From the NCBI RefSeq assembly GCF_027921745.1, contig NC_079239.1:3100001-3164000 (forward strand): DNA of 64,000 nt, given 5' to 3'. Both the position numbers and the translations under genes were made by a program. Source of the stretch: Schizosaccharomyces osmophilus (lineage: Eukaryota). Positions 49,282-61,158 of this stretch are shown in pieces. Each line of letters opens with the position of its first letter. The first letter of the stretch is position 1. The notes below the pieces were generated by a model. It was given only the letters and a program-made list of their open reading frames with translations. It was not told the origin of the DNA and did no database searches.

Positions 49282-51879
49282 ATGGAAAGTAGGAAAAGCA
49301 AGTTTTCTTGGAGAGATTTGGAGTATTGCGACAAGCCTGCGTCTCGAAGTGGCCCGTTGAGGATCGTAGCCCATATTGATCAGGATGCATTTTATGCCCA
49401 AGTGGAAATTGTGAGGCTAGGAATTAATCCATCTACTCCTTTTGCCGTGCAACAATGGCAAGGTCTTATTGCTGTAAACTATCCAGCTAGAGACGCAAAC
49501 GTTTCGAGACATGAAACCATCACAGAAGCCAAGAAAAAATGTCCTGAACTTCAAGTTGCACACGTAAAAACTTGGAAGGCGGGTGATACAGAAGCCAAGT
49601 ACCATGAAAACCCAGACCCAAATAATTTTAAAGCTTGCTTGGATCCGTACAGGCATGAAAGTGTCAAGATTTTAAACATCATAAAAAACCATGCGCCTAT
49701 CGTGAAGAAGGCTAGTATTGATGAATGCTTTATAGAACTTACGGGTGAGGTAAAGAGACTTGTTTTGGAGGAATACCCATTTTTAAAAGCATCACCAGAC
49801 AATCTGGAAACATCCCTTCCCGCAGCTCCAGTGCTTCTATGGACGCATGATTATGGAATATTGATTGATCGAAACGGAGGCGATGCTGGTGAAGAATATG
49901 AACAGGACTGGGATGATGTCTTTCTTTATTATGCAGCGAGAATAGTGAAAGCAATCCGCGATGATATTTTCGAATCGCTGCATTATACATGTTCCGCTGG
50001 TGTTTCTTTCAACCCAATGCTTGCAAAGCTGGTTAGCTCTCGAAATAAACCAAACAAACAAGCAGTTTTATGTCGCAGCGGTATAAAGGAATATCTCGGA
50101 TCGCTAAGCATTACCGATATAAGAATGTTGGGCGGCAAGTTTGGAGAGGAAGTGGTTCGAGTACTTGGTACTGATTCCATTTCTGATGTGTGGTCCATGC
50201 AGCTTGACAATGTTATGGGCAAACTTGGCCAGGTGAACGGTAGGCTTGTCTGGAATATGTGTCATGGCCTTGATGATACAGAAATCACAACCCAGATACA
50301 AATAAAATCCATGCTATCTGCAAAAAATTTCAGCCAAAATAAACTGAAGGATGAACATGCAGTTATCAACTGGTTTCGTGTGTTTGGCTCCGATTTACAT
50401 TCCAGATTCATGGAAGTAGAGGGCTTGCGAAGGCCTAAAACTTTGTGTCTCCATGTTCTAACTGGTTCTCTTCGTAAATCAAGATCAACCCAAATTCCTT
50501 TGGATGCTGATATTACAGTGGATTATATCGCGAGTCATTGCCTAAAGCTTCTTCGACAGCTTCAAGATGAGTACGATGTATACCCAATTGCCCATCTATC
50601 AGTCAGTTTTCAAAATATAGTAGAAAATGATAAGAGCTCAAGAGGCATAGAGTCTTTTCTACGTCCTAGCAAGGTGATTCCCAAATCGACAGCTACTTTA
50701 GATAACAGTTCAAAGCTTCATTCGGATGATAACAGTAAACCTCAACCGCAATGTCCGTCTGAAGAAATCCCAGAAGAAGCATCTCCAAAAAAGAAAAGAA
50801 GCGTTTTTGGAATGTTCAAGGATATTTCGGATAGTCCAAGTCCTACTATTCAGCAGTCATATACATGCGATGAATGTGGACATTCCATTCCTATTACTCA
50901 GAATGGAGAACACGACGATTATCATTTTGCTATCAATTTATCTCGTAAAGAAAGATTATTTGAACCGCAGCCATCTTCTGCTTCTAGTACAGATAAGCCA
51001 ACAGTTACCGCAAAAAGCAGGACATACGGACGCAGGACTGGTAGTAAACATTATATTGCACCAGTAGGTAGTCCATCACCGAAAAGGGCCTTCCTTGACG
51101 CTTTTTTTACTTCGAATCAAAGCACGTCGTCTTCATCTGCCTTGCGTAAAAAGAACAATCCAGTTAGCTCTTCAGGTTCTTCAAGCGCTACCCAGATGCA
51201 TTTGGACCTAGGGTCAACTACTGTTACATGCCCAGAATGTCTCATGGAATACAATAAAGCAAGTGAAGAAGACGTGGATTTGCATTCACGATTTCATTCT
51301 CGTACGTTAGGTGGTATAAGTCTATGTATGCAAACAGAACCGATTAAACGACTTAGCTATTCTGTCAATGGTGATTCAATCTACATGATTACAGCTGAAA
51401 GTTCATTGTTGGACCAGAAAAAAGCCGAGGAGGCTTTAAACTTTGTAAATGAAGAACTTTCTGGTGAACCCATGGAAACTATTGGTATTGATAAATATTC
51501 CATTTTCTTGTTCATGTCTGGGAGAAAATGCCTTGGGCTTTTGTTAGCAGAGCGTATAAATTCCGCATACGTGATAAGTGAAAAAGAAGACGAAAAAACA
51601 TTTTTTTCGTCCGCTGTGTATATTAAAGAGAACAAATTGCAGCGTGGATTTCTTCTTGGTGTCTCAAGGATTTGGGTTACTCCATCACGTCGAAAACAAG
51701 GAATTGCTCGCGCACTATTAGATTGCGCGACATCTTATTTTATTTATGGGTATAAAATTTCCAACAAGGAAATTGCTTTTACTCAACCAAGTGAAAGCGG
51801 AAAACGATTTATTCTATCCTGGAGTCGAGCTTTTCAAGAAGGCAAAGCAAGTGTACAATATGCTGTTTATGAAAACTAA
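49282..51879 (+). CDS. eso1: DNA polymerase eta / Eco1 cohesin acetyltransferase fusion
   Basis: Y-family motifs HIDQDAFYAQVE and ASIDEC, UBZ CDECG..EHDDYH, and Eco1 CPECLMEY...H...H and GVSRIWV...RRKQGIA. Confidence 0.96.
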   Translation: MESRKSKFSWRDLEYCDKPASRSGPLRIVAHIDQDAFYAQVEIVRLGINPSTPFAVQQWQGLIAVNYPARDANVSRHETITEAKKKCPELQVAHVKTWKAGDTEAKYHENPDPNNFKACLDPYRHESVKILNIIKNHAPIVKKASIDECFIELTGEVKRLVLEEYPFLKASPDNLETSLPAAPVLLWTHDYGILIDRNGGDAGEEYEQDWDDVFLYYAARIVKAIRDDIFESLHYTCSAGVSFNPMLAKLVSSRNKPNKQAVLCRSGIKEYLGSLSITDIRMLGGKFGEEVVRVLGTDSISDVWSMQLDNVMGKLGQVNGRLVWNMCHGLDDTEITTQIQIKSMLSAKNFSQNKLKDEHAVINWFRVFGSDLHSRFMEVEGLRRPKTLCLHVLTGSLRKSRSTQIPLDADITVDYIASHCLKLLRQLQDEYDVYPIAHLSVSFQNIVENDKSSRGIESFLRPSKVIPKSTATLDNSSKLHSDDNSKPQPQCPSEEIPEEASPKKKRSVFGMFKDISDSPSPTIQQSYTCDECGHSIPITQNGEHDDYHFAINLSRKERLFEPQPSSASSTDKPTVTAKSRTYGRRTGSKHYIAPVGSPSPKRAFLDAFFTSNQSTSSSSALRKKNNPVSSSGSSSATQMHLDLGSTTVTCPECLMEYNKASEEDVDLHSRFHSRTLGGISLCMQTEPIKRLSYSVNGDSIYMITAESSLLDQKKAEEALNFVNEELSGEPMETIGIDKYSIFLFMSGRKCLGLLLAERINSAYVISEKEDEKTFFSSAVYIKENKLQRGFLLGVSRIWVTPSRRKQGIARALLDCATSYFIYGYKISNKEIAFTQPSESGKRFILSWSRAFQEGKASVQYAVYEN

Positions 51880-52010
51880 TCCATCAAAAATGATCTGAAA
51901 TACATGGAGATTTATTGGCTATAAATCGCTTTATTTGTGGGTAAAGAACAATACAGACATAAATAAATATATTTGTATTAATAATTAGCATCATCGAGCA
52001 TGCCAACTGG

Positions 52011-53538
52011 CTAGTTAGGAAGCGCTTCAAGAACTTTTGGAATTACTTGTTCCTTCACATCATCAGCCCAAAGGAAGTCCAAGTGTTCGTAGTGTTCAAT
52101 CTATAATTGTCAGTTCATATGTACCATCGTGAAACATACCTCTATTTCCTGCGCTTGGGGTGGAAGCGCAGTACGCATGTATTCCATGTTAATAAGTGTG
52201 TCTTTTCCGCCCCATAAAAGTAGAATCGGACACTTAATATTACTGGTAGGAAACAGAGGCACTTGATAATGGCGAGCTGTATAGCCAGTTATGACTGCTA
52301 AATCATCATCGTATAGCTGAAATGTGCAATTTTTGATAATCTGAAGCCAGTGAACACAGCTTTTGACACTGGAAAACGAATACAAATGAGCGTAACCACA
52401 TAGCTTTTGATTTGCTGAAATGTTTTTTAAATCCCAATCGAAAAGCAATTTGAGAGAGAAGTCCACAACTTTAACAAAGATAGGAGGATCTGCAGAGTTA
52501 GAAGTAGAAACACAAAGGAAAAGACATTTTACATACAACATATATTTTGCCAGAATGTCACAGAGGGAAAAAGTGATCGCCTACCAAAAAGATTATACAT
52601 AATTTTTGGGTTTGCTTTTACTAAATAATCAACTAGATGATTTGAAAATCCCCTAGGAGTAAAGGCAGGAGCTAGGGCGATGAAAATGTTGACTTTGTTG
52701 TTTAAAGAGTTGTTTAAACTTAATGAGGCGAATGCCTGAGCGGTACCTTGAGAAAATCCAATATAGCTAAGTTTCTCTTCCCCAGTCTCATGAAGTATAT
52801 AATCGACTGTGTTAGGGATGTCAAACATAGCCATATCATCTAAGGAAAAATTCCAAAACTCTTCATCCTTGGGCTTGTATATAACGTGTTTCCTGCTATA
52901 CTTGTTTCCTCTATTGTTTCCAAGCTAAAACACGTTAGTCGAACATGACTGTTACATATGAATATGCTTTCACATTTTGAGAAGGGGTTTTGTACATTTT
53001 CAACGTAAAACCCGTTCCTCAGCTTACCCAAACATCATAGCCATTGTCAACCAAAACGAAAGGTAGATTCCGTTCTGGTTCGTTGACTGCCACCCAAAGA
53101 TCAGAGTTTGTCATGAGCCCGTGGTGGCAGTACACGACACCTCGTTTTTTGGTTCTTTTTTTGGAAGGATGGGTAATCCGATGTAAGCAAAGAATAAAGT
53201 TGTCCTCGGTGCGCAACAAGTGCTCCTCTGCTTTGTATCCAAAAGCTTCACAAATCTCGTAAATATTTCTGCACTTTTGGATGGTATCAGTCATACCATC
53301 AGTTGTTTTCGTGGTAATGTAATAATGGTAAATACGAATAACTCTTCTTCGTCCCCATTCTCGAATTCGGTCTGGGATCAAGTAAATAAATACACGAAAA
53401 ATCAATTCGGCGTAAACGCCGATATACGCAGTGAAAAGACCAAGGTAATCAATCCTAAAGAATCATTAGCAATTGGTGGAAAGAGTGAAACTGAATGGAA
53501 GCTTACCAGGGGATCCGTTGTCTAAAAGCTCCTGTCAT
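52011..53538 (-). CDS. Triglyceride lipase / sterol esterase (AB hydrolase), multi-exon
   Basis: HHGLMTNS, GYDVWLGNNRGN, IGFSQGT nucleophile elbow and YEHLDFLWAD. Confidence 0.9.
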
Positions 53539-54203
53539 CGAGAAAATATGATATATTTAACAATTGCTTGGATTTCGACAAAGTGAAAGATAATAAGTTT
53601 TATATAAAAGAGACTTTATTTATTCAAATCAATCGTAAGTCTTGGTTAGCCCAAATTGTTCCATGACTGTTGGTTTGCAGAGTAAGAGGTTATTGTTGAG
53701 ATCGCCAAGAGCTTAATAAAACACTTTAAGACTTTACGCACATTCTCATTTGCAAATGATATTTTCTTAAATAAATAGAGAATGGTTCCTTTTTTTCTCT
53801 CTAGAATTTACAGCTTTTTATTGCCACGATAAGAAATACTATGACCACAGAAAAGGAAAGGTATTTACATAAACCATTCGAGTGTCCCGGAGCTTTCAAT
53901 GAAACTGATAAGTAAGTAGAATTGGCTGAAGGATTCTTATACAAAGCAAGGATACCATCGCTTTCCTTGAAAAGGCGTATATGTCTGATGGTCAGGAATT
54001 ACATGAACTTCCCTTTTACAATGACCCTAATGACCTTGAAATTTTAATAACTTTTTTCGACTCCTTATTCCAATTCCAAAGGGTATTGGTGGTGTTTGTT
54101 TACACATTATGCCCGTTGTCGTATTTGTTTACAATTGGAAACAAGGTATATAAGAAGAGAACAGCAGACTACTGTCTTTACCGGTCCACCTCACTCGACA
54201 AAG

Positions 54204-56243
54204 ATGAAGTTGTCATTAAAGAATTTGGGATTGTCAATCGGACTCGTGTCGGGTGTTGTGTCCCCGGTCCTAGCATTAGGTGCTGAAGATTGGAAAAAGC
54301 AATCTATATACTCTGTTTTAACCGATCGATTTGCTACAAAGGACGTAGTTCCTCGTTGCAACATTCGTTTGCAAGAGTACTGTGGAGGAGACTGGAGTGG
54401 AATACAAGATCATCTTGACTATATCCAGGAACTGGGCTTCACAGCACTTTTACTTTCTCCTGTCGCAGAAGTGGTTGAAAATACTGAGAAATCGAATTTG
54501 TGTAAAGGTTACCAAGGATATTCGTATCGCCTCAATACCCGTTTTGGCACCGAAAAAGAGTTACGAGAGCTTTCTGATGCACTTCATATGCGTGGCATGA
54601 ACTTGATGGTTGATGTGGTAATTAATCATTTGGATCTCCATGAAGTAGGTGAGATAATTGACGAGGAATATGATTCTTCTGACGAAGAAGACAATGATGA
54701 TGAGAATTGCGTTGTACTTGACGATGAAGATTCAACTGATGAAGACGACTCAATTCCTTGTGAAGAATGCAGCTTTCCGGACCACAACGATGAAGATTCA
54801 ACTGATGAAGACGACTCAATTCCTTGTGAAGAATGCAGCTTGCCTGACCACAACGATGAAGATTCAACTGATGAGGACGACTCAATTCCTTGTGAAGAAT
54901 GCAGCTTGCCTGACCACAACGATGAAGATTCAACTGATGAGGACGACTCAATTCCTTGTGAAGAATGCAGCTTTCCGGACCACAACGATGAAGATTCAAC
55001 TGATGAAGACGACTCAATTCCTTGTGAAGAATGCAGCTTGCCTGACCACAACGATGAAGATTCAACTGATGAGGACGACTCAATTCCTTGTGAAGAATGC
55101 AGCTTGCCGGACCACAACGATGAAGATTCAACTGATGAGGACGACTCAATTCCTTGTGAAGAATGCAGCTTGCCTGACCACAATAAAAATCTGATTTTTA
55201 TTAAGGAAGCATTAAAGGAATATATACACTCATTTGTGAAGGACTTCAAGGTCGATGGAATTCGTATTGGCTCAGCAAATCATTTTCCCAAAGAATATCT
55301 ACCAGAGTTTTGTGAAGCAGCTGGAGTGTATTGCATGGCGGAGTCATTGTCGCAAGATGCAATTGAAATTTGCGATGGACAAAACTCGATTGAAGGATTG
55401 ATGAATCATCCGGTTGAGGATGCAGCCAGAGTGGCTTTTCTTTCTAGCAACCTCGATGGAATGATCAATTTGGCTGATGCAATGACAGATATCCGTGGTC
55501 TTTGTCGTGACCCTCTATCTTTGGCAAATTTTGTTGAGACCCCTTACTTATCAAGAATGGCGTCCATCACCAGCGATCCTGCTGCCCTTAAGAATGCGAT
55601 CGCATTTCTTCTTATGGGTGATGGCATTCCTATAATGTATTATGGTCAAGAGCTTGCATTGAGAGGTACTACTGATCCTTATACTCGGCCAGTTTTTTGG
55701 GAAAAAGGCTTTCCTAAAAAAAATCCTTATTACTACTTTACCTCTGTCGTTAACAACTTTCGCAATGCTATGTTTAAAAGTGACAGTGGGGAAACCTTCT
55801 TGACTTCTCAATCCGATATTAGCATTGTTGATGGCAGAGTAATGTTGCTTCAGCGTGGAGAAGTAATCACGGTACTTAATAATTTGGGCTCGTTTTATAT
55901 CCGTTTTCACTATACTGTCTCTGCTCTCGAACACAAGTGGATTGACATTATTACTTGTAAGACTGTTCCCGTGGAAGATAATCGTCAAGTTTTTATAATC
56001 CGTAATGGCGATCCTATGATTCTGTACCCCGAATATAAGAGTTATGAACTCGGTATCTGTCCTTCTCCTAGCATTCCTACCGAAGACAGGTTCTTCGCTA
56101 CTCCAGTTTCAGATCCCTCTTCGTCTTTTTCTTCAACCTTACCAGACCCAGAGGGCCCTCAGGCCTCCAAAGCAACAGAACCAAAGCAAAGTGCAAACAG
56201 TATAATTATTGCATTGTTTGTTTCTTTGATTATGATTTTGTGA
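54204..56243 (+). CDS. meu7: GPI-type alpha-amylase homolog (GH13) with repeat insertion, probably non-catalytic
   Basis: Signal peptide, [57 protein letters not shown] and a hydrophobic C-terminus. The symbol (meu7/aah4) comes from recalled synteny. Confidence 0.85.
   Translation: MKLSLKNLGLSIGLVSGVVSPVLALGAEDWKKQSIYSVLTDRFATKDVVPRCNIRLQEYCGGDWSGIQDHLDYIQELGFTALLLSPVAEVVENTEKSNLCKGYQGYSYRLNTRFGTEKELRELSDALHMRGMNLMVDVVINHLDLHEVGEIIDEEYDSSDEEDNDDENCVVLDDEDSTDEDDSIPCEECSFPDHNDEDSTDEDDSIPCEECSLPDHNDEDSTDEDDSIPCEECSLPDHNDEDSTDEDDSIPCEECSFPDHNDEDSTDEDDSIPCEECSLPDHNDEDSTDEDDSIPCEECSLPDHNDEDSTDEDDSIPCEECSLPDHNKNLIFIKEALKEYIHSFVKDFKVDGIRIGSANHFPKEYLPEFCEAAGVYCMAESLSQDAIEICDGQNSIEGLMNHPVEDAARVAFLSSNLDGMINLADAMTDIRGLCRDPLSLANFVETPYLSRMASITSDPAALKNAIAFLLMGDGIPIMYYGQELALRGTTDPYTRPVFWEKGFPKKNPYYYFTSVVNNFRNAMFKSDSGETFLTSQSDISIVDGRVMLLQRGEVITVLNNLGSFYIRFHYTVSALEHKWIDIITCKTVPVEDNRQVFIIRNGDPMILYPEYKSYELGICPSPSIPTEDRFFATPVSDPSSSFSSTLPDPEGPQASKATEPKQSANSIIIALFVSLIMIL
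54721..55182 (+). repeat. 66-bp coding tandem repeat x7 ([17 protein letters not shown][F/L]PDHN)
   Basis: Seven near-identical units with only a few variant positions. Confidence 0.97.
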
Positions 56244-56688
56244 TTTCGTGAGTGAAACCCTGTTAGGTATCCTGTGATCTACAGATTTTTACTTTTGTAT
56301 CGTGTTCCGACATGAAAAAATAATTAGTAATTAGTAATTAATATTTTTGTTGTAAATGTCTTTATTAAAAGATTCAGTAGGAATAGGAACCATTGCCTAT
56401 ACGAGCAGCAATTGTGCGTATTTCCGCGTGAAGAAAATAATCATTTCTAGAAGCGTAAACAAAAGTCATTCTTTTACATTAGAAAGCAATATTAATTTAA
56501 GTAAAAGCAGATGGTCATAGAAATGATCTTTCCTATGGATGTCGAACCGTCGTTTCGTGGTGAGAACCGCTTACCAGAAGCTTGCGTTTTCAGTTACCAT
56601 TGAACATAGAGGTTTGGTAAAGTAATGATTAATATCCTCATTTTTATAGTTTCTTAAAGTAGCATTTCTATTCTTTATATAAATTTCG

Positions 56689-57504
56689 ATGAATTTCTTG
56701 AGAATTCCTTCAGCATTTCACGGTGTTCGTTGCGCAAATTCACAATCGTTTTTTTTGCAATGCTTCAAGAGCATACCTAGCAGAATACAGAGTAACCACT
56801 TCAAATGCTATCATACGGTACCTGAGATACCTGAAAGGAACCTGAACCCGCTGTTTAGTGAACATGGAATGAAGGTTGCTTGGGACGAGCATCAAGGACA
56901 CGTCGTAAAGAGCTTGAATGATCGAGTAAAAGGGACCGAGTTGGAGGACCATTCTATGTTTAATATTATCTTCCAAACAGCTGTGCTTCCAGAACATGCA
57001 GCTACGTTTCAGTTTGCAAGTCAAGCCTACAACAATCATTTCTTTTTTGAGTCCTTAATAAGTGCTGAAAAGGCAAAAGCAGACCCCAAATTTCAACTTG
57101 AAGGTAATTCTGTTATTCAGCAAGCTATACTTGAAAATTTTGAGTCAAAAGAGGACTTGCTATCAAAGATCAAGCAACTCGCGTCCAATACATTCGGTGC
57201 CGCATGGATTTGGGTTGTCCTCGATGACTATAACAGACTACAGGTGATGCGGACATTCCAGGCAGGAACACCTTTTCTGTGGACAAGATCGCAATCCAAT
57301 GATCCACATCTCGTTCCTTCTGTTCCTGATCACAGCATGAGACCACGAAACTACTCCCATGTTCCAATTTTCAACCTTTGCCTTTGGGACCATGCTTACT
57401 TTACAGACTTTGGTCTCTTTCAACGCGAGCAGTACATTGATACATGGTTCCAAAGTATCAACTGGTCTGTGGTTGAAAATCGGCTTAAGCAATCCTTAGT
57501 CTAA
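56689..57504 (+). CDS. Fe/Mn-SOD-fold mitochondrial ribosomal small-subunit protein
   Basis: Mitochondrial presequence; ASQAYNNHFFFESL, FGAAWIWVV and LCLWDHAY show a SOD fold lacking the full metal ligand set. Confidence 0.8.
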   Translation: MNFLRIPSAFHGVRCANSQSFFLQCFKSIPSRIQSNHFKCYHTVPEIPERNLNPLFSEHGMKVAWDEHQGHVVKSLNDRVKGTELEDHSMFNIIFQTAVLPEHAATFQFASQAYNNHFFFESLISAEKAKADPKFQLEGNSVIQQAILENFESKEDLLSKIKQLASNTFGAAWIWVVLDDYNRLQVMRTFQAGTPFLWTRSQSNDPHLVPSVPDHSMRPRNYSHVPIFNLCLWDHAYFTDFGLFQREQYIDTWFQSINWSVVENRLKQSLV

Positions 57505-57819
57505 AAATTCCAGCTCAATTGTACAATTTAGAAAGCAAATCTTTTGATATTGAAAAGCTACATTACACTTGAATGTATGTGCACCATAAGTATTTTATTT
57601 AGTCATGGGTAAAAAATTATAGAAGTAGACTCAAAAGTCAATAAATATAAAAGGAAATAGAAATATTGGAAGCAAATAGATATTTAAGGAACCCTAACTC
57701 ATAAGCCAGCATATTTCAGCTGTGTCGTGTTTAGTCATGAATGAGATATAATAGCAAAGGAAAAGCAAATCAAGAAGATGAGCTGAAGGTCTTTCCAAAA
57801 AAAAATACGAAGGGGAAGA

Positions 57820-58644
57820 TCAAGGGATGTGGATCGATTTTTCTTGAGGATGAACAGTGTAGTCAGATCTCGAAGTAGGGTTTCGGATAAGGATCTTGGG
57901 CTTTTCCTCTTCTTCTTCATCGTCCCTAGTTTGAGTTTCTTCGTTTTCATCGTACGCCTTGGACTTCTTGCCAAGGATAACGTTAAATATAAGGACTAGC
58001 GCAAAGATACCCATCTCTAAAACAAAGACGAGACCATAATCGATGGCAGCTAGCACATCCCATCGGTCAAAAGGTAATGATATGAAGGACAAAAGAGCAC
58101 CCGCAGAATCAATGATCAAGAAAATGTATGAAATTCCTCGAACAGTCTTCTGGCGGAAAATTTGAATATACTGAGGAAGAAAGCCAATGTTGACAAGGAT
58201 GGTGGCTAAAACACCCATTAATGTAACAGGCCATTCGACATGGCGACGCATGCCTAGCTGGATGGTAAGAATGAGCATGGCCTGTAAACCAGCGGAAAGA
58301 GCAGCAAGAGCACCGACGACGATAAAAGATTTACGGGCCGACCAGCCTTCGCCGTAGATGAGACACTGGAAGAAGGTCACTAAAGACAGCAATTGAAAGA
58401 GTTCAGGCTGAATTTTAAGTGCAATGTTGAGGTCCTGTACCAAGTTATAGACGGAAAGGGGGACCGACGCAATTACCCAGCTAAAGATGAAGAGAGTATC
58501 GAGGCCAGCAGTGGATTTTGCACGATAATTTTTAATGGCTTGGGGAATCAATTGCACACACCAGCAAACCGTGCCAAGGACAGCAAGCGCTGTAGCGGCT
58601 CCCTTGTTGGGAAAAGTACCTGGAGGATTGTTATGTTCAGACAT
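57820..58644 (-). CDS. PQ-loop (cystinosin-like) membrane transporter
   Basis: Two PQ motifs (QLIPQAIKNYRAKSTAGL, FLPQYIQIFRQKTVRGIS) and ~7 TM. First ATG at 58644; the start is uncertain. Confidence 0.88.
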   Translation of the reverse strand: MSEHNNPPGTFPNKGAATALAVLGTVCWCVQLIPQAIKNYRAKSTAGLDTLFIFSWVIASVPLSVYNLVQDLNIALKIQPELFQLLSLVTFFQCLIYGEGWSARKSFIVVGALAALSAGLQAMLILTIQLGMRRHVEWPVTLMGVLATILVNIGFLPQYIQIFRQKTVRGISYIFLIIDSAGALLSFISLPFDRWDVLAAIDYGLVFVLEMGIFALVLIFNVILGKKSKAYDENEETQTRDDEEEEEKPKILIRNPTSRSDYTVHPQEKSIHIP

Positions 58645-59811
58645 TGCGAGACAGGCGAAAAAGAAACAAAAAAGTGCTTGAGCAATAAACCAATGAATAG
58701 CCAAATACTCACAGAAATTGGTTCAAAACAGTAAGGGATTTAGAAATATTTAGAAATAAAAAAAAAAAAAAAGGAAATTATAAAACAAATGAAGTAGAAT
58801 CTGGTATACTGCAAGATAATTGAGGAAAAATGATGGAAGCTGAGTTGAAATAAAATAAAAAGAATTCTTTGCAAATACAACTAATTGTTCTATACTGTAT
58901 CTTAAACTTGAAAGTTCACTTTTTTTTTTTTTTTTTATACAACTAGTTGGTTCTGGTTAGACACAAATTTCTCATATACCAAATTTGTCGTTAAACCTAT
59001 TTTTTTTAAATAAAGTGAGAATCGCCACGAGTGAAGTAGAGCGTACGTACTTAAATTATATTGGTTTTGCTTACTATGGTGTATCGATAGGAAATTGATG
59101 AAATTTCGCATGTAAATAAAAGTAACGTAAACAAAAAAAAAATGAGCAGACGAACAGCATTATAAAAAATCAAAAAGAGATAGAAATAATTAATTGAAAA
59201 ATAAGAAAAAAAGATTGGCAAAATTGACAGCGGAACCAACTGAGAATGGAATCTATGCATAGTTGTGTTCTCAAAGGTCGAAGAACAATCGAGTAGCGCC
59301 TTTCTGTAATTGATTATAAGTTTTTTACTGGGGTTTTCAACCCGTTTTTGTGCAACTGGCTCGATATAGGTTGTTTTGGCTTGCTGCTTTACGGTGAATT
59401 GTTTGTTTACATGAGACACAAGAGTCCGTTCATGAGAAATCTGTTCTCCTTGAGCTGGAAAACGAAAAAGAGAAATAAAAACAAAAAGAAGAAGAAAAAA
59501 CAAAAAGGAAAATGTCGTCTACGTCAAGATTGCCTCAAAACAATTCCTCCTTGGAATTCTATAAATGCTTTCCTAAGAGGTATTCTGGACTTGACCAAAA
59601 CACATCACCTACCAACCCATCCATCCTACAACTGTTGAATTGTTTCCATTTGAAGGACCTTTCCACTTTTGCTCTTTTCTGAATTTCATCGTAAGGAATT
59701 GAAAAATACACTGGACTGCAATTGGGGTTCTTTCTCTTGTTGTCATAGTTGATCGTTCTTGAATTCTGACTTTTCAATAGATACTTTCCTTGAAGAATCC
59801 TTAGCAGCATC

Positions 59812-61158
59812 ATGAAGTTTTCCTTTGCCGCTGGGCTTGTTTTTGCAGCTCAGCTTTGTAGTGTCTCTACTGCGTTTAATCCTTTACGCTTCTTTATGGA
59901 CGATAGCTCCTTTTCTCCAAATGTCCATGGCCCTGTTTCCAGCGGAAGTGACATTGCAGCTCCTCCTTTGAATCATCCATCACAAAAGCCGTACGAAACA
60001 AATGTGGAAGATTCCTCCTCAGTAACCAATGACCATTACATCGTTATGTTTAAGCCCTCCTTTGATAGAGCCAAGATCAATAGCCATCATGAGTGGATTC
60101 AACACCAACACCACAAACGCTCTCTTGATTGGCAAGACGTCTCTACGTTCTTGCTCAAGCATACCTTTGAAATCGGCGATTCCTTTATGGGATATGCTGC
60201 TCGCTTCTCTCCTTGGCTTGTAAACGAGCTCAAGAAGCACCCTGATATTGCAATCGTCGAGCCTGACCGTGTCATGCACATAACCACCGAACAACGCTTC
60301 GCTCCTTGGGGTCTTGCTCGTGTTTCTCACCGTGACCGTTTGGGCTTGACTACCTTTACTCGCTACAATTACAATGAAACTGCCGGTGAGGGAGTAACCG
60401 CTTATGTCATCGACACAGGTATCAACGTTAACCACCAAGACTTTGAAGGCCGTGCTTCCTGGGGAGCCACGATTCCCAATGGCGAAAAGGACATTGATAA
60501 TCATGGCCATGGAACTCATGTTGCTGGCACGATTGCTGGAAAGACCTTTGGTCTTGCTAAGAATTCCAAACTCGTAGCCGTTAAAGTAATGCGTGCTGAC
60601 GGTACCGGAACTACTTCTGATATCATCAAGGGCATTGAATTTGCTTTCAAGGAATCCAAGAAGGACGAGGATTCTGTGGCTTCTGTTGCCAACATGTCTT
60701 TGGGCGGTGATGCTAGCCTAGCTTTGGATTTGGCTGTCAGCGCTGCTATCAAGGGCGGTCTCTTTTTCGCCGTTGCTGCTGGTAACGATGCTGAAGATGC
60801 CTGCAACACTTCTCCTTCTCGTGTGAGCAGTGCCATGACTGTTGGTTCCATGACCTGGACTGATGGTATTTCTTCTTTTAGCAACCATGGTTCTTGTGTT
60901 GATATCTTTGCTCCCGGATCTCTTATTCTCTCTGACTGGATTGGATCTGACAAAGCTTCCATGCTACTTTCTGGTACCTCTATGGCCTCTCCCCATGTTG
61001 CTGGTTTGGCCGCTTACTACATTTCTCTTGAACCCTCTTTGGCCAATAAACCCGCTGATCTTAAGAAATATATGCTCAAGTATGCCTTGTCTGATAAAAT
61101 TGAAGGAATTCCGGAGGGAACTCCCAATGTTCTTGCATATAATAATTTCTCTGATTAA
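59812..61158 (+). CDS. psp3: Subtilisin-like vacuolar serine protease
   Basis: Signal peptide, I9 propeptide, and catalytic triad motifs VIDTG, HGHGTHVAG and SGTSMASPHVAG. Confidence 0.92.
   Translation: MKFSFAAGLVFAAQLCSVSTAFNPLRFFMDDSSFSPNVHGPVSSGSDIAAPPLNHPSQKPYETNVEDSSSVTNDHYIVMFKPSFDRAKINSHHEWIQHQHHKRSLDWQDVSTFLLKHTFEIGDSFMGYAARFSPWLVNELKKHPDIAIVEPDRVMHITTEQRFAPWGLARVSHRDRLGLTTFTRYNYNETAGEGVTAYVIDTGINVNHQDFEGRASWGATIPNGEKDIDNHGHGTHVAGTIAGKTFGLAKNSKLVAVKVMRADGTGTTSDIIKGIEFAFKESKKDEDSVASVANMSLGGDASLALDLAVSAAIKGGLFFAVAAGNDAEDACNTSPSRVSSAMTVGSMTWTDGISSFSNHGSCVDIFAPGSLILSDWIGSDKASMLLSGTSMASPHVAGLAAYYISLEPSLANKPADLKKYMLKYALSDKIEGIPEGTPNVLAYNNFSD

Noticed and set aside
54626..55249. Repetitive antisense and alternate-frame ORFs, or a CRISPR-like array, over the 66-bp repeats
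   Set aside because: They are shadows of the coding tandem repeat; there are no unique spacers and the host is a eukaryote.
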